Assembly: GCA_012295275.1 (NCBI GenBank)
Contig: CM022665.1
Span: 34,100,001 to 34,164,000 of the forward strand
Length of the DNA: 64,000 nt
Direction of reading: 5' to 3'
Source of the DNA: Chrysomallon squamiferum
Taxonomy: Eukaryota; Animalia; Mollusca
Shown: piece after piece, positions 14,101 to 27,745 of the stretch
Position numbering within the stretch: the stretch's first letter is position 1
Layout: each line of letters starts with the position of its first letter
Notes under the pieces: model-generated
What the model was told of the DNA's origin: nothing
Databases searched by the model: none
The model's input: only the letters and a program-made list of their open reading frames with translations
Made by a program: the position numbers and the translations under genes

Positions 14101-17100
14101 ATATTAGGAAATGTTTGTAGATGTATGCAAAAAATAATAATAAATAAATAAATTATGGAAAAAACAATACAAAGAATGTTTAAAAATAAGATACAGCATA
14201 AAAACCTGACTAAAGATTAAGTTAATTCAAATGAATACAGATACTCACTCTGAGCACCTAGGACTGTGACATAAGTCTCCAGTTTATTAAAAACACAGTT
14301 CAGTCTCTTCATAGATTTAAACAGTTCCATATTTTTGGCAGCCAGAGTTGAGGTACATGAAGACACTGCACATTCTTCTTCAATACTGGAAAAATAAATA
14401 AATATAACAAATAAATTATTTAAAAAATATTTGTTTTTAAATTTGTATTTAAAAATGCTATTTACAAAACATTTTAAACTGGACAAATACTTATTTTTAA
14501 TCTTTCACATAAAGAAAGAAATACTGCTGTTATAAATGTCACTCTTTACAGCAATGGTTTCAGTTTTCTGTAATAATAATAATAATAGTAGTAGTAGTAG
14601 TAGTAATAATATTAAAAGAAATAAATTAATTTTGCACCTGGATAACTGATATGGCAACAATCTGTTCATGTAAGCCACAAAGTGTTGAAAGTTCTTTGAA
14701 AATAACTGTAGATCTAAAGCTGTTTCCTAAAATAAATTTTATAAAATAAATTCATGAGATAAGATCATTTAATGCAGGGGCGGGCAAATTCCAGCCTGCA
14801 AAGATTTGTTGTCTGACCCGCCAAACTGTTCACATTTAACATTGCCATCCGGCTAGTGAGACAGCAAACTAAAAGTCAATGAAATAAAGTCAGTTGACAC
14901 AGCTATTTTTTTATTCAAGTCGCACTCAAGTTTAAAATTTAAGGCATCTCAAAGGTGCTTGTCAAATCAAATCTGAATTCTGAATGGCTGCTTGCTTCAC
15001 TATTTCAAAATATGCAAACTATAACGATCATTATTTCAATCCTGTGTCAATTACACATGCGGGCGAACTGAACCACGCTAACTGCCACGATCAAAACTGG
15101 TTTTCACTGTGAATTTACTGTTTACATAAAATATACGTTTTGAAATCTTTTTTGTTCTCATTTCATATTCTGGCCTTCATGCTCTTCTTGTAAGATCCAT
15201 CTGGCCTGTTATAAAAGTTTGCCTGCCCCTGATCTAATGTCTGATTAAATTAAAAGAGATTTATTGTTAGTAGTAAATTATAAGCTTTAAAAAAAAAAAA
15301 AAAAAAAAAAAGAAATTCAAACACACACATACAAAGAGAAATGCCCATAATGTATACTGTGAAAATATTATAAACTGTAATTATTATAAATATATGTTAA
15401 AGATTCAGGAAAGAGCATTGTTTTTTTTTAAATCTAGAAAAAAATGTTGTATCTTATAGACAGTGAAGTGAAGTACTGAAGCAGAATAATATATTCCACA
15501 AACACAAGGAAATAAAAAATATCAAATCTACATACAAATAATCTAGTAAATTAAAGTTTCATGATTAAAATTCAAAACCTTTTTTATTTTATTTTATTAT
15601 TATTATTTATTTTATAGTATTTGTTTTTGTTTTTGTTGTTGGCTCCTGTTTTGTGTTGGATTTTTAAAAGAGGGCATTGTTGAGATCTTTTTTGAGATGA
15701 AGAGTTTAATGGTTTGATGTGAAAATCAATCTGCCAAACATACTAGAGTTGTGAGTGAATCTTCTTTTAAACTTTCACTGAAAAGTCGGAGTGACAGTTC
15801 CACTGGTCGGAGGTGAGCCATGTTTTCATGTAGATATTTACAGTACTGAAAAAAAATAGAAAAATAAAGAAGAAAAGAAAAGAAATTACACAGCTGATTT
15901 GTAAATGCAGTTTTAACAGTTTCCTTACAAATAAAACATGTCTCAAAGTCGTATTTTAAAGATGCTGTAAAGAATTTAATTTTCAAGTTCATGGTTCTGT
16001 ATATTATTGTAAGAAAAACCTGTAAAACCAATATAAAAAGATAACATTGGATGCTAGACTCAAAGTAATGTAAAAAGCACATGTAAAATATTTGTAAAGT
16101 ATTATTTAAAGTGAAAATTGATCTTACTTTTATGTTTATAACACTAAGAGGTTCGGAGACACCATCAGCAGGGTAGATCTTAGATCTCTGTTCACTGTAA
16201 GTGTAGAAATTAGACAAGCCTTGGACAAGTTCAGTCACCAGGTTAGATGACTGGCTCACAAGTTCTCTTGCTCGCAGCTGATGTTTGCGATCATGTGTAG
16301 GTATGTTCAGTCGATTTAAATCTCTTTTCTCTGAAACATGATAAACAACGTATTAAGTTATTCTGTTATTTCAATCAGTGCATTTTCTAAATTTTAAATA
16401 TATGATGTTTCAAATTTAATAGAAGTGTATAATGCTATCTGCAACTGTAATACAAGTAAGTGTTTAGTTCTAAGAAAATTTTTGTTATTTCAAACCATAA
16501 AATCTTTTTGTGAAATATTGGACTACTCTGTAGTTAGTAGGATAATGTAATTAATTATTCTGTTCTTCAGTTTAATAAAATTATTAAATTTCCTGAGGAA
16601 ACTTGGAATTATTAGAATACTTGTTAACATACTTGTATAATTAGAAATTCTTTACAACTTATTTAAATTACTAGATAATGTGACAACATATTTATACTAT
16701 AATAAATACTTGATAATTTAATTACACTGTAAAGAATATTTTATACTGCACATGAATTAATTGAAATACTTACTTGTGTCTACGAATGGAAGTTTGTCAG
16801 CAATTATTTTGTTAGCACTGTCCAATTTGTTTTGTAAGCTTCTTTGAACAGCTCCTAGTTTTTCCTCTCTGCATTTTAAAAACAATTAAAAAATTAAAAA
16901 TTAAAAAAAATTAAAATTGTTTTGTTCTTGTGCAGATGGTATACTTTTATCCAGCATACAGTAAAACAAAATGTGAAATTCAGTGTAAGATACATTTTAA
17001 CAAACATATAAAATTATACAGTTTCATGACTGGGCATGCTTAAGTGTTAAAGTGTAACTCTTTATATTTCAGTTGTTCCAGTTTTACACACATTTGGGTT

Positions 17101-19533
17101 CCTGTATTACACACAGTCTAATATTGTCAGTAAAAATGTTAAAGATTGTTTTAGTGAGTTGAAGGTTTTGTTTCCCAAGGATTTAATACTAACTGCTTAA
17201 TGTACAATTTAGAAAATAAGAACATAATCAGTCATAACTATGCACATACGCCAGTTCTACTCTCCCTCTGTAACCTTTCAATTCAGCTTCAAAAGTCTGA
17301 AGTTTAACCTGCAAAGAAAACCCATTGAAAAGATATGTTTAGATTTAGTAGGAAAAGTATAATATAGTAGTAATACACAACATTATGAGTTTTCTTACTT
17401 AAGATTTCTGAGAGCCTCATTTCAAACAAACAGCCCTAACTAGATAGTTTAAGCCACTTTTTCAATAAGAGCAAAAATTCTTTCAGAACAATGAATATCT
17501 AAAACCACCTGCTATTAAGTTTTTGAAACTGCATTAAACAACTGTGTGTGTATTCATAATTCTGTGTGTATTCACCGATCCAAAAGTTCACAACTGTGTT
17601 GTGAACTTTTGGATCGGTGGATGGATAAAACATACTAAAAAATTTTTAAACAACTGAAATGACAGTGAATAGATAGATACCTCTAACATGGCCTTTTCCT
17701 CTTGTAATTTGTCTATTTGTATTTTGCTTTTTTGTCGAGTTGCATTCAAAACCTCTTCATGCTGACTGCATTCTGTTTCCAACATCTTTAGCTGCTGTTC
17801 AAGCTCGGTAATCTTGTTTTCATACTGGCTGGTGGCCTCATACACCTTTAAAATTCATGTTCTAATTTATCTCTGCTTTGAAAATGCTATTAAAATATAG
17901 TGACTCCCCCAACTGAAAAAGGTATCAGTTAAACTTTCATGAATATTTCATGGCACTAAAAGTACTGCTTGTATTTGTTCACTGCCACTAAATGGTACAG
18001 TTAGTATTTGTTTATTAATGCTAAAAAGTGTTGTTTGTATTTGTTTATTAGTGGCAAGAAGTGTTGTTTGTGTTTGTTTATTAGTGGTAAAAAGTGTTGT
18101 TTGTATTTGTTTATTAGTGGTAAAAAGTGTTGTTTGTATTCGTTTATTAGCAGTAAAAGTGTTGTTTGTGTTTGTTTATTAGTGGTAAAAAGTGTTGTTT
18201 GTGTTTGTTTATTAGTGTTGTTTAAGAAATCATCACACTGACAAATGGTTCCTATCCTTACAAAAAAGACTGCTAATTTAGTTTTTCCTTTCTCCCTTGA
18301 AGTGCAGAGGAAAAACCTGAGTACCTTTTACACAATATGTTGTTTTGTTTTTTTATCATTTGTGTAGATTTTAGACCAAAAAGATAAACAAAAAAACAAC
18401 TTGGTCAGAGAAGAGGAAAAGTAGTTTCAAATGCTGTAGATACCTTTTTGTGTAACAGAGCATTTTCTTCTATCTTGCTGTGAAGTTCCTCACTGAGAAC
18501 ACTGGAGGAATCAATATCCTGACTGGAAACATCATTATCCTTGTGCTGAAATTAGTATATTTTTATTGTTTTTGAGATGAAATTAATATATTTTTATTTT
18601 CTTTGTGCTGAAATTTTATACTTTTATAAAATTATATATTATCTTCTTGCTGATTAAAACAATGCACTTCAATTGTGGACTGTTATTACTGTAACATTGC
18701 TTTTTGTTATTAATATTATTTTTATAGTATATATATATTTTAATGTTATTATTAATACTTTGTTCTTCTTTTTGCTTGATTGCATTGATTCCAGCTCATC
18801 TTGGAGAAAGAGAACACGTTTTGTAAGCTGCTGGTTTCTGAAGGTTAAACTATCAACTTCCTGCTCATACTTCCTTACTGACTGATCCCTTTCCTTGATC
18901 GATTCCTGAAAGACAATAACGAAATATATTTCTTTTACTTACATCAAAATGCATTTTTTGCACACCATACCACACCAATTTATAAACAAATATTCAAACA
19001 TGATAAATTATTTATTTACTGAAACAAGAATCAGTTTATGGACATATACATGCACAGCTGAGTGTGTTTATATAAGAAAAGAGAGGGTAATTCAGTGGTG
19101 ATCAGTTATTTATATCCATATTGATTATTAGGATATTGTGGTTGGCCATAACCAGTAACTAATAATAAATAAATAAATAAATAAATATTGACTAAAAAAA
19201 AAAACAAGGAACATTGTTTTAAAAATAAATGGTAATCTATAAGTTTGCAAAATGTATTAAACCGTTTGTATATATAAAGATATGCTTTAGAAATTAGATA
19301 GTTTGGGATTATTAATTGAAATAATTTAAAATGGAACAGTCATAACCTTTAACTTTTCTGTTTCAACTTGCTCATCAAGATATGCTTTCTTCAGGACAGG
19401 TATTTGAGCTTTTAACTAAAAAAAACAAAAACAACAACAAATGTTCCAACAAAGTTTACAATTGTCAACTATCACATTCAGCAAAAATTAATAATTACCA
19501 GTGTGTGTGTGTGTGTGTGTATATATATTTGTA

Positions 19534-19566
<33 letters not shown>

Positions 19567-20927
19567 CAGTTTGTGTATGTGTCTGTGTGTTTGTATGTAT
19601 GTATGTATGCAATGTTTGTTAAATGACAATAAAAGACTGAAAATGATAGCATTAACCAAATGCAAGTGATATTATATTGCAGTATGTTTACATTTGCAAT
19701 AATACATAAATTTAGTAAATTATTTCAGATTTCCTAACTAGATGATGATTGTCATGGCTCAGTAGTACAAGAAACATATTAAATATAATATTTTAGAAAG
19801 CTTTCATTATGTAGGTTTAGTGAAATATAAAATATATTTTTATAATGCTTGTATTGTGGGTTAATGTACTGAATTAAAGGAGTAAGGCAATCTTGCCATG
19901 GGCAAAATCACTGTAAATTCCATTTCCTACTGGACAAAGTCACTGTACATTTTATGTGGAGCTAGAAAGAACTGATGCTGATAAAAATGATTATATTATT
20001 AAGCCTATTATTATTCAGTGCAATCTTAAATACATTTTTTCACAAAGAAATGCATATAACCAAAGTATGTATGTATCCAAATGAGAATCTGGTCTAGCTA
20101 CCTGGGGACAATTATTTTATGCAAAATGCCTCCTATGATGATAATGATAAAATACAAAATTGTTAATAATGCCTAATCCTATTCTGGTAATGTATGCAAT
20201 GTTAACTTTTACTTATTGCCTTTTGATCTTGTGGTTTTGGAGGTCATAACTGTTAAATGGATTAAATGATTTATAACAAGGAAAACAGATTTATTTCTAC
20301 TAGTTTACAATGAATTCATGGCTAAGAAATATTTCTTGTAACCTATTCATATTATCATATAAGCTAAGTAAACGTTGGAATGCCAAAGAAAAACATGCAA
20401 CATACAATTTATTAAAAATATAATTATAAACAATATGCACTGAATTATTACAAGTTTATGCATTAATGACTTGCATACAAAATGTACGACGCCCTCCCTG
20501 TAGAAAATGGAATTTATGGAAATTAAAGAATTTCAGCAATAAAATTATAAATAATTATTAACTAGAGTTCATATCTGCAATGGAATTTTCTTTACCAAGC
20601 CATTTGGAAACAGCCAAGTTGACTGCTGATTAAGTAGTCAGGTATCCTTAGTTTTACATCGACTACCCGAACTGATATCATGATGTTCATAATATGAATC
20701 AAATCATTATTCATTTCATTACATTTGATATCGATGTTTGGAAGGGGGCGTAACATAATTAAATGGCCTCAAACAGTAGCATACGATTCTTGTTGTCATT
20801 GTCGCAAGACATCTTGTAACCACTCTACATCTGTATGATTATTGAAACATCTTCTTTAATGCTGCAGAAATCATACCTTTGAATATTCAGCGGCCAATAT
20901 TTGGTATTTCGCTTGCAAGTCGGCCAT
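8121..20927 (-). CDS. PPP1R21: Protein phosphatase 1 regulatory subunit 21 (coiled-coil, FERRY complex subunit), ~801 aa
   Basis: 21 phase-consistent GT-AG exons: 20877-20927, 19347-19415, 18759-18905, 18444-18545, 17681-17845, 17250-17308, 16774-16868, 16128-16330, 15744-15845, 14638-14726, 14249-14385, 13642-13737, 13013-13140, 12515-12682, 11913-12005, 11197-11298, 10732-10920, 10057-10200, 9225-9323, 8664-8807, 8121-8144 (2406 nt). Hallmark motifs MADLQAKYQILAAEYSK-LKAQIPVLKK, DSLTFRNQQLTKRV, EHQLPTATQKL, LEQEKEHWMLE, YEGQLSMMSDHLAGMNEKL. Confidence 0.95.
9765..9945. repeat. Degenerate tandem repeat (~50-70-bp unit) in PPP1R21 intron
   Basis: TAACTTATCAATACTGTAGTACCTGTATTAGC recurs about 3 times. 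Confidence 0.7.
14775..15231. mobile_element. hAT-family MITE (Charlie/MER-like), 457 bp
   Basis: TIRs CAGGGGCGGGCAAATT / AGTTTGCCTGCCCCTG. 8-bp TSD ATTTAATG (14767-14774) / ATCTAATG (15232-15239), one mismatch. Confidence 0.85.
17573..17619. repeat. Perfect 22-bp inverted repeat (hairpin) in PPP1R21 intron 5
   Basis: CACCGATCCAAAAGTTCACAAC-TGT-GTTGTGAACTTTTGGATCGGTG. Confidence 0.9.
18005..18220. repeat. ~30-bp minisatellite, about 7 copies
   Basis: Unit TTTGTTTATTAGTGGTAAAAAGTGTTGTTTGTA/G repeated head to tail. Confidence 0.9.
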
Positions 20928-20929
20928 AA

Positions 20930-21030
20930 CTTGGCGAACCCGGAAGGGGATCGAGGAAACAAGTATTTTTTATTATTTTTTTAATTCCTCTACACTTTAA
21001 ATGCGGCATCGCGTTAGTAATGTGTTAGTA
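20930..21030. promoter_or_regulatory. PPP1R21 promoter/5' region with ETS-type CCGGAAG motif and local CpG enrichment
   Basis: CCGGAAG at 20940-20946, just upstream of the ATG (20927). CpGs are retained here, unlike in the CpG-poor gene body. Confidence 0.45.
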
Positions 21031-22307
21031 TGTAAGAGTGTATGTATTATAACTATTAGGGTGTATATCGTTACTTAATTAGGAAAATGAAAATAGATTC
21101 GATGCTAGTGGTCCACGTAAAAAGAAATATTAGTTGTAGCAAAAAATAATTAATTAATAAAAGTTTTCTTATAGTTTTAAGAAATGTGTGTTAAACCTTA
21201 CATTGCACTATTTAAATATTTACTGTAAACGCTTAATTCTAAAATACAGCTGTCTGCCCTCTTCCTTTATTAATTTAACGTATGTAGCAGCAGTGATTGT
21301 TTTGTATGTGGAGGTTTTGGGGAAGGGTGTTTTTGTCGTTCTTTTCAATCTATAACACATTAACAGCCATTTCAATATTTAATATTATATTAGATTTTTA
21401 ATTCTACATTTGTACAAGATTTTGTTAATAATTAGCATATTAAAATTACGTCCAGTTAAGATTAAATATCGTTCATTAGCTCTGTGTGAAGTTGGTAAGA
21501 AATCAGTAAATATAATGTGATAGAAAACGAATATTGCTTGCATAAAATATCTCAGTTTTCGTTTTTCCTTCTGTTTCCTTTCTTCTTCTTTTTTTGTTGT
21601 TGTTGTTGTTGTTGTTGTTGTAGCATTAATCTGACCCAAATAATATTAAATAGCAGGAGAAAAAATGATGTTGTATCTCTCAGAAACAAATAACAAACTA
21701 TTTTGCAAATAATACTTTTTGTTTTTTATATACAGTAAAATTGACTGTAATAATTTAAATAGACTTTATTTAATAGCTGGAGTTATTTAAGAATTTGTGA
21801 AATGGGGGTACTTCAGGCCTAAATGCAAGGCCTATGTGCTGTGTGATAACTAATTGGTTAGTTATAGATCATTATTTTATCTAGTAATTATTAATATTAT
21901 TTTTTTTGGGGGGGGGTCGTTTTAAATACATACATATATATGTGTGTGAGTGTGTGTATGTATATGTTTATTGAATACATGTACATTGTTTGTTTCCTAA
22001 TTTTTAGGATTACCACAGACTACATTTCAAACTAGACTGCAACTGTTGCAGTATCTGAAATTTAGAAGGACAGGAGAGGGATCTTTTATAGAAGCATATA
22101 CATAAATATGCTTTATTTTATTATTTATGTTATATGATATTTCTGAATATAAATTATTGTAAATGATGAATTTATTATTATTATTATTGTTTTTATTTAT
22201 TTATTTTATTTTATTTTTATTTTTTAAGCAGAAAAATAGCAAGAGCAAAAATATGTAGTTATTATGGTAGTCTGTATATTATGAATGGTAAAACAGTTTT
22301 CATCATG

Positions 22308-23202
22308 CTAGCTTTCCTTGAAAAACTGTTGTGAAATAGTATTGCTTGTAGCAGTAACAGCGAATGTAACTACAGCAAAGGAGTATACTTGTTTTGTTGA
22401 TTTTTGTCTGGCTTTAAACCAAACGTCTGCTCCAGAGAGTAATCTTCTTTCTTCCTTTTCTTCTTGTTTAATTTGCTCTATGTCCCATTCAGGTTTGCGA
22501 AAACGTGCATATGGTTGAACTCCCATTAACTGCTTAGCTTCTATAGTTTTTTCAATTTCTGATAATTCAGATATCAGGTGGATGTTTTGGTAAGCACTCC
22601 TTGGCAGATTAAAAAGGAAGATTCCAGTCCCGGTACAAGGCCAGTGTGTCATCATTTTTAGATTTTCATATGCCTGGCATTTCATTTCCAAATCATTATC
22701 AGTTGCCCAGCCTGCTGGAGCCATACTGACAAAAACAACATACATCCAACAACCAGGGTTTTCCTGATCCTCAGAGGTCAAGAATTTGCACAGACAAGTC
22801 TGGAGTCCCAGAGAATCATTCCACCTTTACGAACAGCAAATCTTTTGAAGATACATCTTTGATTAAGATACCAAAGAAGATCTTCATCATTCAGATGTCA
22901 GAGCCTCCAAAATGGATCCTCTGATTTCTCTACCAGCACATGTGGACTTTCCTTGTAAAACTTTTCAAAACATTCATGAGAATTGATGAGTGCATGAAAA
23001 GCCCAGTCATCTTCATTGCAATGTTCTAGGTAAACTGCTCCTTGGTAACATTGGAGGCCTTTTCTCTTGGGACTCTGATTGCAGTTTAACCAGTGCTAGC
23101 CTTCCATGAAAAAGTTTTCTTCACCGTCTTCTGGAGGCCGTCCTATAGCAATGTTTATGTTTTCAATGCTGGACAGAAGTTATTTTGTTCCCCACACCTC
23201 CT
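22308..23202 (-). pseudogene. Phytanoyl-CoA dioxygenase-like (PhyH, 2OG-Fe(II)) pseudogene
   Basis: Manual translation: EEVWGTK*LLSSIENINIAIGRPPEDGEENFFMEG*HWLNCNQSPKRKGLQCYQGAVYLEHCNEDDW...KRFAVRKGGMILWDSRLVCANS*P, then a frameshift into ...WMYVVFVSMAPAGWAT...THWP. Stops at 23180-82, 23096-98, 22898-900 and 22778-80. Confidence 0.75.
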
Positions 23203-23599
23203 CTGTAAGATATTCTTATGAAATTACATAAAAATATAGTGCATGTGTTTCAGCAAATATACTGACTGGGCCTGTGTTAATGAATATGTTTAATGATACT
23301 TTGCCTTTAATGTATATTCTGTTTTTGCTCAAAGCATCAAAGGTTCTACTCAGAGGTTTGATATGGAACTTGAATAGACAAATTACAAACACAAGTTAAA
23401 ATCAATACAAAAATTCTAATTGTGGATAATGCTAGAAATAGATCAGAAATAGACTATTGCACAGTTTTAAAATCTCAAGAAATAAGCACACTGATAAGAG
23501 GCATTCTGAAAGTCTACAAAAAAATGCATCCACTGTGATGCATGATGAAGTTGTGATTCGGGTGTCAAGACTCCTAGCGCATTCATAAGGAAATCTGAA

Positions 23600-24680
23600 G
23601 TATTAACTTCATGCGCCAGACAGAAAGTGAATGAGTTTTATATAAAATTTCATACGAAGAACTTTTCCTGCATTATCTATGTGACAGTCAGTGTCAAATA
23701 CACGGATGAGGATGCTGCAACACCATCCCAAATCTTTTTGCAAGAATATTTCTTGGATGATTTGGTAAATTTGTTGGTCCTAGAAATGAATCTCTACCAA
23801 TGTCAGCATCCAATACTGCAAAGCCTACAGCCATCATAGAGCTTGGAACTGTGGGCATCAATCCAAAACCAAGATGTGGCAGCATTGGTTGACTGACTCG
23901 TTCATCGCTTCAAATATTTTCATAGAGACAGTGCCAAGGAACTGATTCTTGGACATCATTTCCTGGCTCCACTTCCAGGACAATGAAGAGATTGAGGAGG
24001 ATGAAACCAACAGGATGTATAAATTATGTCCACCATATCACTGTATTCTGTTGAAAAGATCAGGTATCAAACTGACTCCACGTAAAGCCAGAACATCACA
24101 GCAGACCAGAGCCTCTTGAAATCCAGCAGCTGGCTCATATTCCATCAGAAGTTTCCATTGAAAAGGCCAAGATTTGGCAGAAATGGTACTGGATGCACAC
24201 ATCAGTTTCATAAATATACTGGAGATCCCATCATACCAAAACTTCAGAAGGTGGTACTTGACCTAATTGCTTGTCTTAATGGACTTTGCTTTACTTTAGC
24301 ATAGAATTAAAAAAATTCATGTCCAAGATCTACATGGTAAAAGATTCAAGAACCAAATGAGACACATGGCAATATAACTAACAGATCGTCTGCTGAAAAC
24401 AATACTTACTGATTTTTTGGCCCCCCCATATGTCATCTATCAGCCAGGAAGACTGACTAAATATTATTTTTTCACTTTGTGGACAGTGTACTTGAACAAC
24501 AATCAGTTCCACATACTTCTATCTCTCCTTTTTCTGTAACACTGTCACCTTCCACAGAGAGAGTAAATCAGGAGTGGAACATGAAGGAATGCAAGTTTCC
24601 TTTGTGTGTGTGTGTGTTTATGTGTAAGTTACATGTAATGTTTCATTGTGCCTAAGTGTTTTGAATTTACTGCATTGTTG
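23600..24680 (+). mobile_element. Degenerate piggyBac (PGBD-like) transposase remnant
   Basis: Fragmented peptides TPSQIFLQEYFLDDLVNLLVLEMNLY, VPRN*FLDIISWLHFQDNE...RMYKL and ITADQSLLKSSSWLIFHQKFPLKRPRFG (cf. xVDESxxxFKGR...KxxRFG). Boundaries approximate. Confidence 0.75.
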
Positions 24681-27269
24681 ACTAATGGTGTCAACATTAT
24701 AATTATTTGAATAAGATCCAGTACTGACTATATTAGTGACTGAACCTACCCATTCCAGAACCACCAATGAATAGCAGCAGTAAAATCAAAGAAGCCACTA
24801 CTGTGAGGACACTTTGAAGGAGAGAAATGTATGAGATTAGAGGACTTAAATATATTCTTGTTAGCCATTGAACACAGAAACACACAAAACACTAGAACAA
24901 TTCTGAAATCTTAAACTGAATGAAATTTCCAGCTCTTACAAAACTAAACAAATTCATAAAATAAATAATGAATAAATAGTCACTATTAATTACCTGACAG
25001 TCATTTGTGGAAAGTTAGGACACTAACTTATTGACACAAATGTGAATGCACTGAAGAAAAAAATATCTTGCTTATATCAGTTGTGTATCCAGTGAAAAAT
25101 ATTTGCCTTGCATAAAGATAAATTATATTAAGTATGTATGTGTAGTGAAGATAATCTCACTTGCATACATAACAGATTATAAAATATAAACACAACACTA
25201 TATTCCTTTTAAAGACTAGTTTAATCATGATAGATATAGTGTGAACATTGATAAATAATGTTATGATTATTTTTCTGACCACAAAAATAGAATTAAAAAA
25301 ATAATGAAAAATTGCATTACTTCTCACTATTTGCATTGTTAACAAATGTTTGCATAACATATGCAGTATTTCACACAAATGCATTGATTCACATAGTATC
25401 TACAATATTTTGCAAAATATGTGATTATTGTAACAGCAATATTTTGCTAAATACCCAGTGATAATATAAAATAAAAAAAAGTCTGTCACAACAAGCAGCT
25501 AGACAGTGGCAAAACACACATACATTGTTAAGTATAGTACTTATTTTTAAACTAACAACAGACTATATTACAAAATATTATATGTATGTCTGTCTGCTAT
25601 TGTATATACTTGTATAACTTGAAATAGTAATTGTTTTAAGCTTATTAAAGGATGTTATTCCAATGAAAAACATTATTTTAAAAATATTCAAAGATGATTA
25701 TTTAAAGCTTATTAAAGAATACATATATAATTTAAAATGTTTCAATTGAAGATCATGTTACAACTGCATAACATTATATGTGGTTTATATTTTAATCCAA
25801 TAAAATAACAATGTTATATCAGTGTTATATTTTACTAACTGCAAGTATTTTGTTTTAATTTCACTTAATATTTATATATGTAAAAAAGGAACAGTTCTAT
25901 TTATAACAGTAAACACCAGTATATTATTTTTTAAAACAACCAAACAAGTAATAAATGATAAGAAAACAAAAATATATAATAATGCAGTACAGGTACATCA
26001 AGCTCAATTTAAGCTTTACAAAATAAGTTTTAAGAAATGTGATTATCAAGTAACATACAGGCACAACAAATAAATAAGCAAATAAAATAAAATAAACTGA
26101 TAAAAAATTAAAAACCATTAAATTTGTGCATTACTAAATTCAAAATACATACATACATACATGGATATATAGATATAGATATAAAATAATAGAAATACCA
26201 CATCCACATGAAAATAATAATTTTTAAAAAAGCTTTTTTGATTAAAAGTAATATTAACACCATGAATTATTAAATTCATTTAAAAATATATTAAAAATAC
26301 AATACTAAATCAAGAGCTGAGAAAATAATTTTTTAAATGTTCAGTTATAAAAACCATCAAAACAAAATCTGTACTAATAATCTATATTAACATTAAACAA
26401 TTTTGTTAAAATTGTTAGTGATTAAAAATACAATATATAATATTTATATACTTTTATTCAAACACTGTCTGGTGTGTGTGTATAAGTGTATGGGTATTTA
26501 TAATATCTGTGTTTGTACATATGTGTGTATTTGTGTGTGTGTGTGTGTTTGTGTATGTATGAATGTTATTTCAATGTATTATTATTATAAGTTTGTCAGT
26601 TGCTAATATTTATTTAAGTAACCTCAAATAAAATAAAATAATAAACATTGTTATTTTTTTGTCTAAATTAAAGTTTGAAAACACACACAATAACAAAGAG
26701 AAAAGTATAATATTGCTTCTTGAATAAACTTTAAAACATTCTGTCACTGATAATACCAAATGCTCTATCCAGTAAATTTATCATCAGTTTCTTTCTTTCT
26801 TTCTTTTTTTTAAATGGGACAAGGTATACTGAGCAAAACCTCCCTGCTTTCATTGTTAGATATATACACATGTAATTTTATAAGCTTAATTGTCAAATTA
26901 TAACCAAAGAATTCTGGGCATCCATATTTACATTTGCTACATTAAAAAATTGTTACACATTCCAAGATTCTAAATATTTCTTTTATCAGTTTGTAATACC
27001 AGCATTAAAACTGAACAAACAAGCTACAACTGAAATGAAGATGCTAACTTTTTAAAAGTTTTACTTTTTTGTAAATAATTTTTTATGTAAAGAATGAAGA
27101 GCAGTAGATTTATGAACAATATGGAAATAAATCGATAAATAAATAAATAATAAAGAATGAAAGAAAGAAAACAAACATTTTTTTTTATTTCACAGAAAAT
27201 ATAAAATAGTGAGAGACTGTACAAAAAATTATATTTAAAATGAATATCATAATATTCATAATATTAAGT

Positions 27270-27745
27270 GCTGTACAACTGCTTAATTAGGTACAAATAT
27301 AATTCTGACTGGCTGATCTATATTAATTATTAGCAAATTCAGGATAAAACAGAAAAAACTGTTTTCCTTTTTAATCATTTGGATTATAAAATTAATTATA
27401 TTTTGCATAAACAGAATATGAAAAAGCTAGATAACAATTTAAGGACTGGTAAAAAAATAAATAAAAACATGAATAAAAGTTATAAAACTGCATTGATATT
27501 TAATTATTTGTGATCAGACAGAGAATAATTTGATGACTGATCAACTCTGAATCCTACAAAATGAAGTTTGTACAGAACCTGCATTGATATTTAATTAATT
27601 TGATTATAAAATTTAATTACTTGTTTAAAAAAAGAGAATGATTTGATATGGTCAAATATGAATCCTGCAATATGAACATTGAATAGAAAATGGTTATAAT
27701 TGCATTGAACATTATTTAATTTGATATTATATGTACTGACTTTTT
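27270..27745. repeat. Degenerate ~100-130-bp tandem duplication
   Basis: Recurring blocks CTGCATTGATATTTAATTA...GAGAAT(A/G)ATTTGAT...TCAA...TGAATCCT(A/G)CAA. Confidence 0.55.

Noticed and set aside
18005-18220. Regular ~30-bp repeats resembling a CRISPR array; Cys-rich ORF 18008..18241
   Set aside because: Head-to-tail units with no unique spacers inside a eukaryotic intron: a minisatellite.
22778-22900. In-frame TGA codons as selenocysteine
   Set aside because: The same frame also has TAA and TAG stops, a frameshift and lost catalytic residues.
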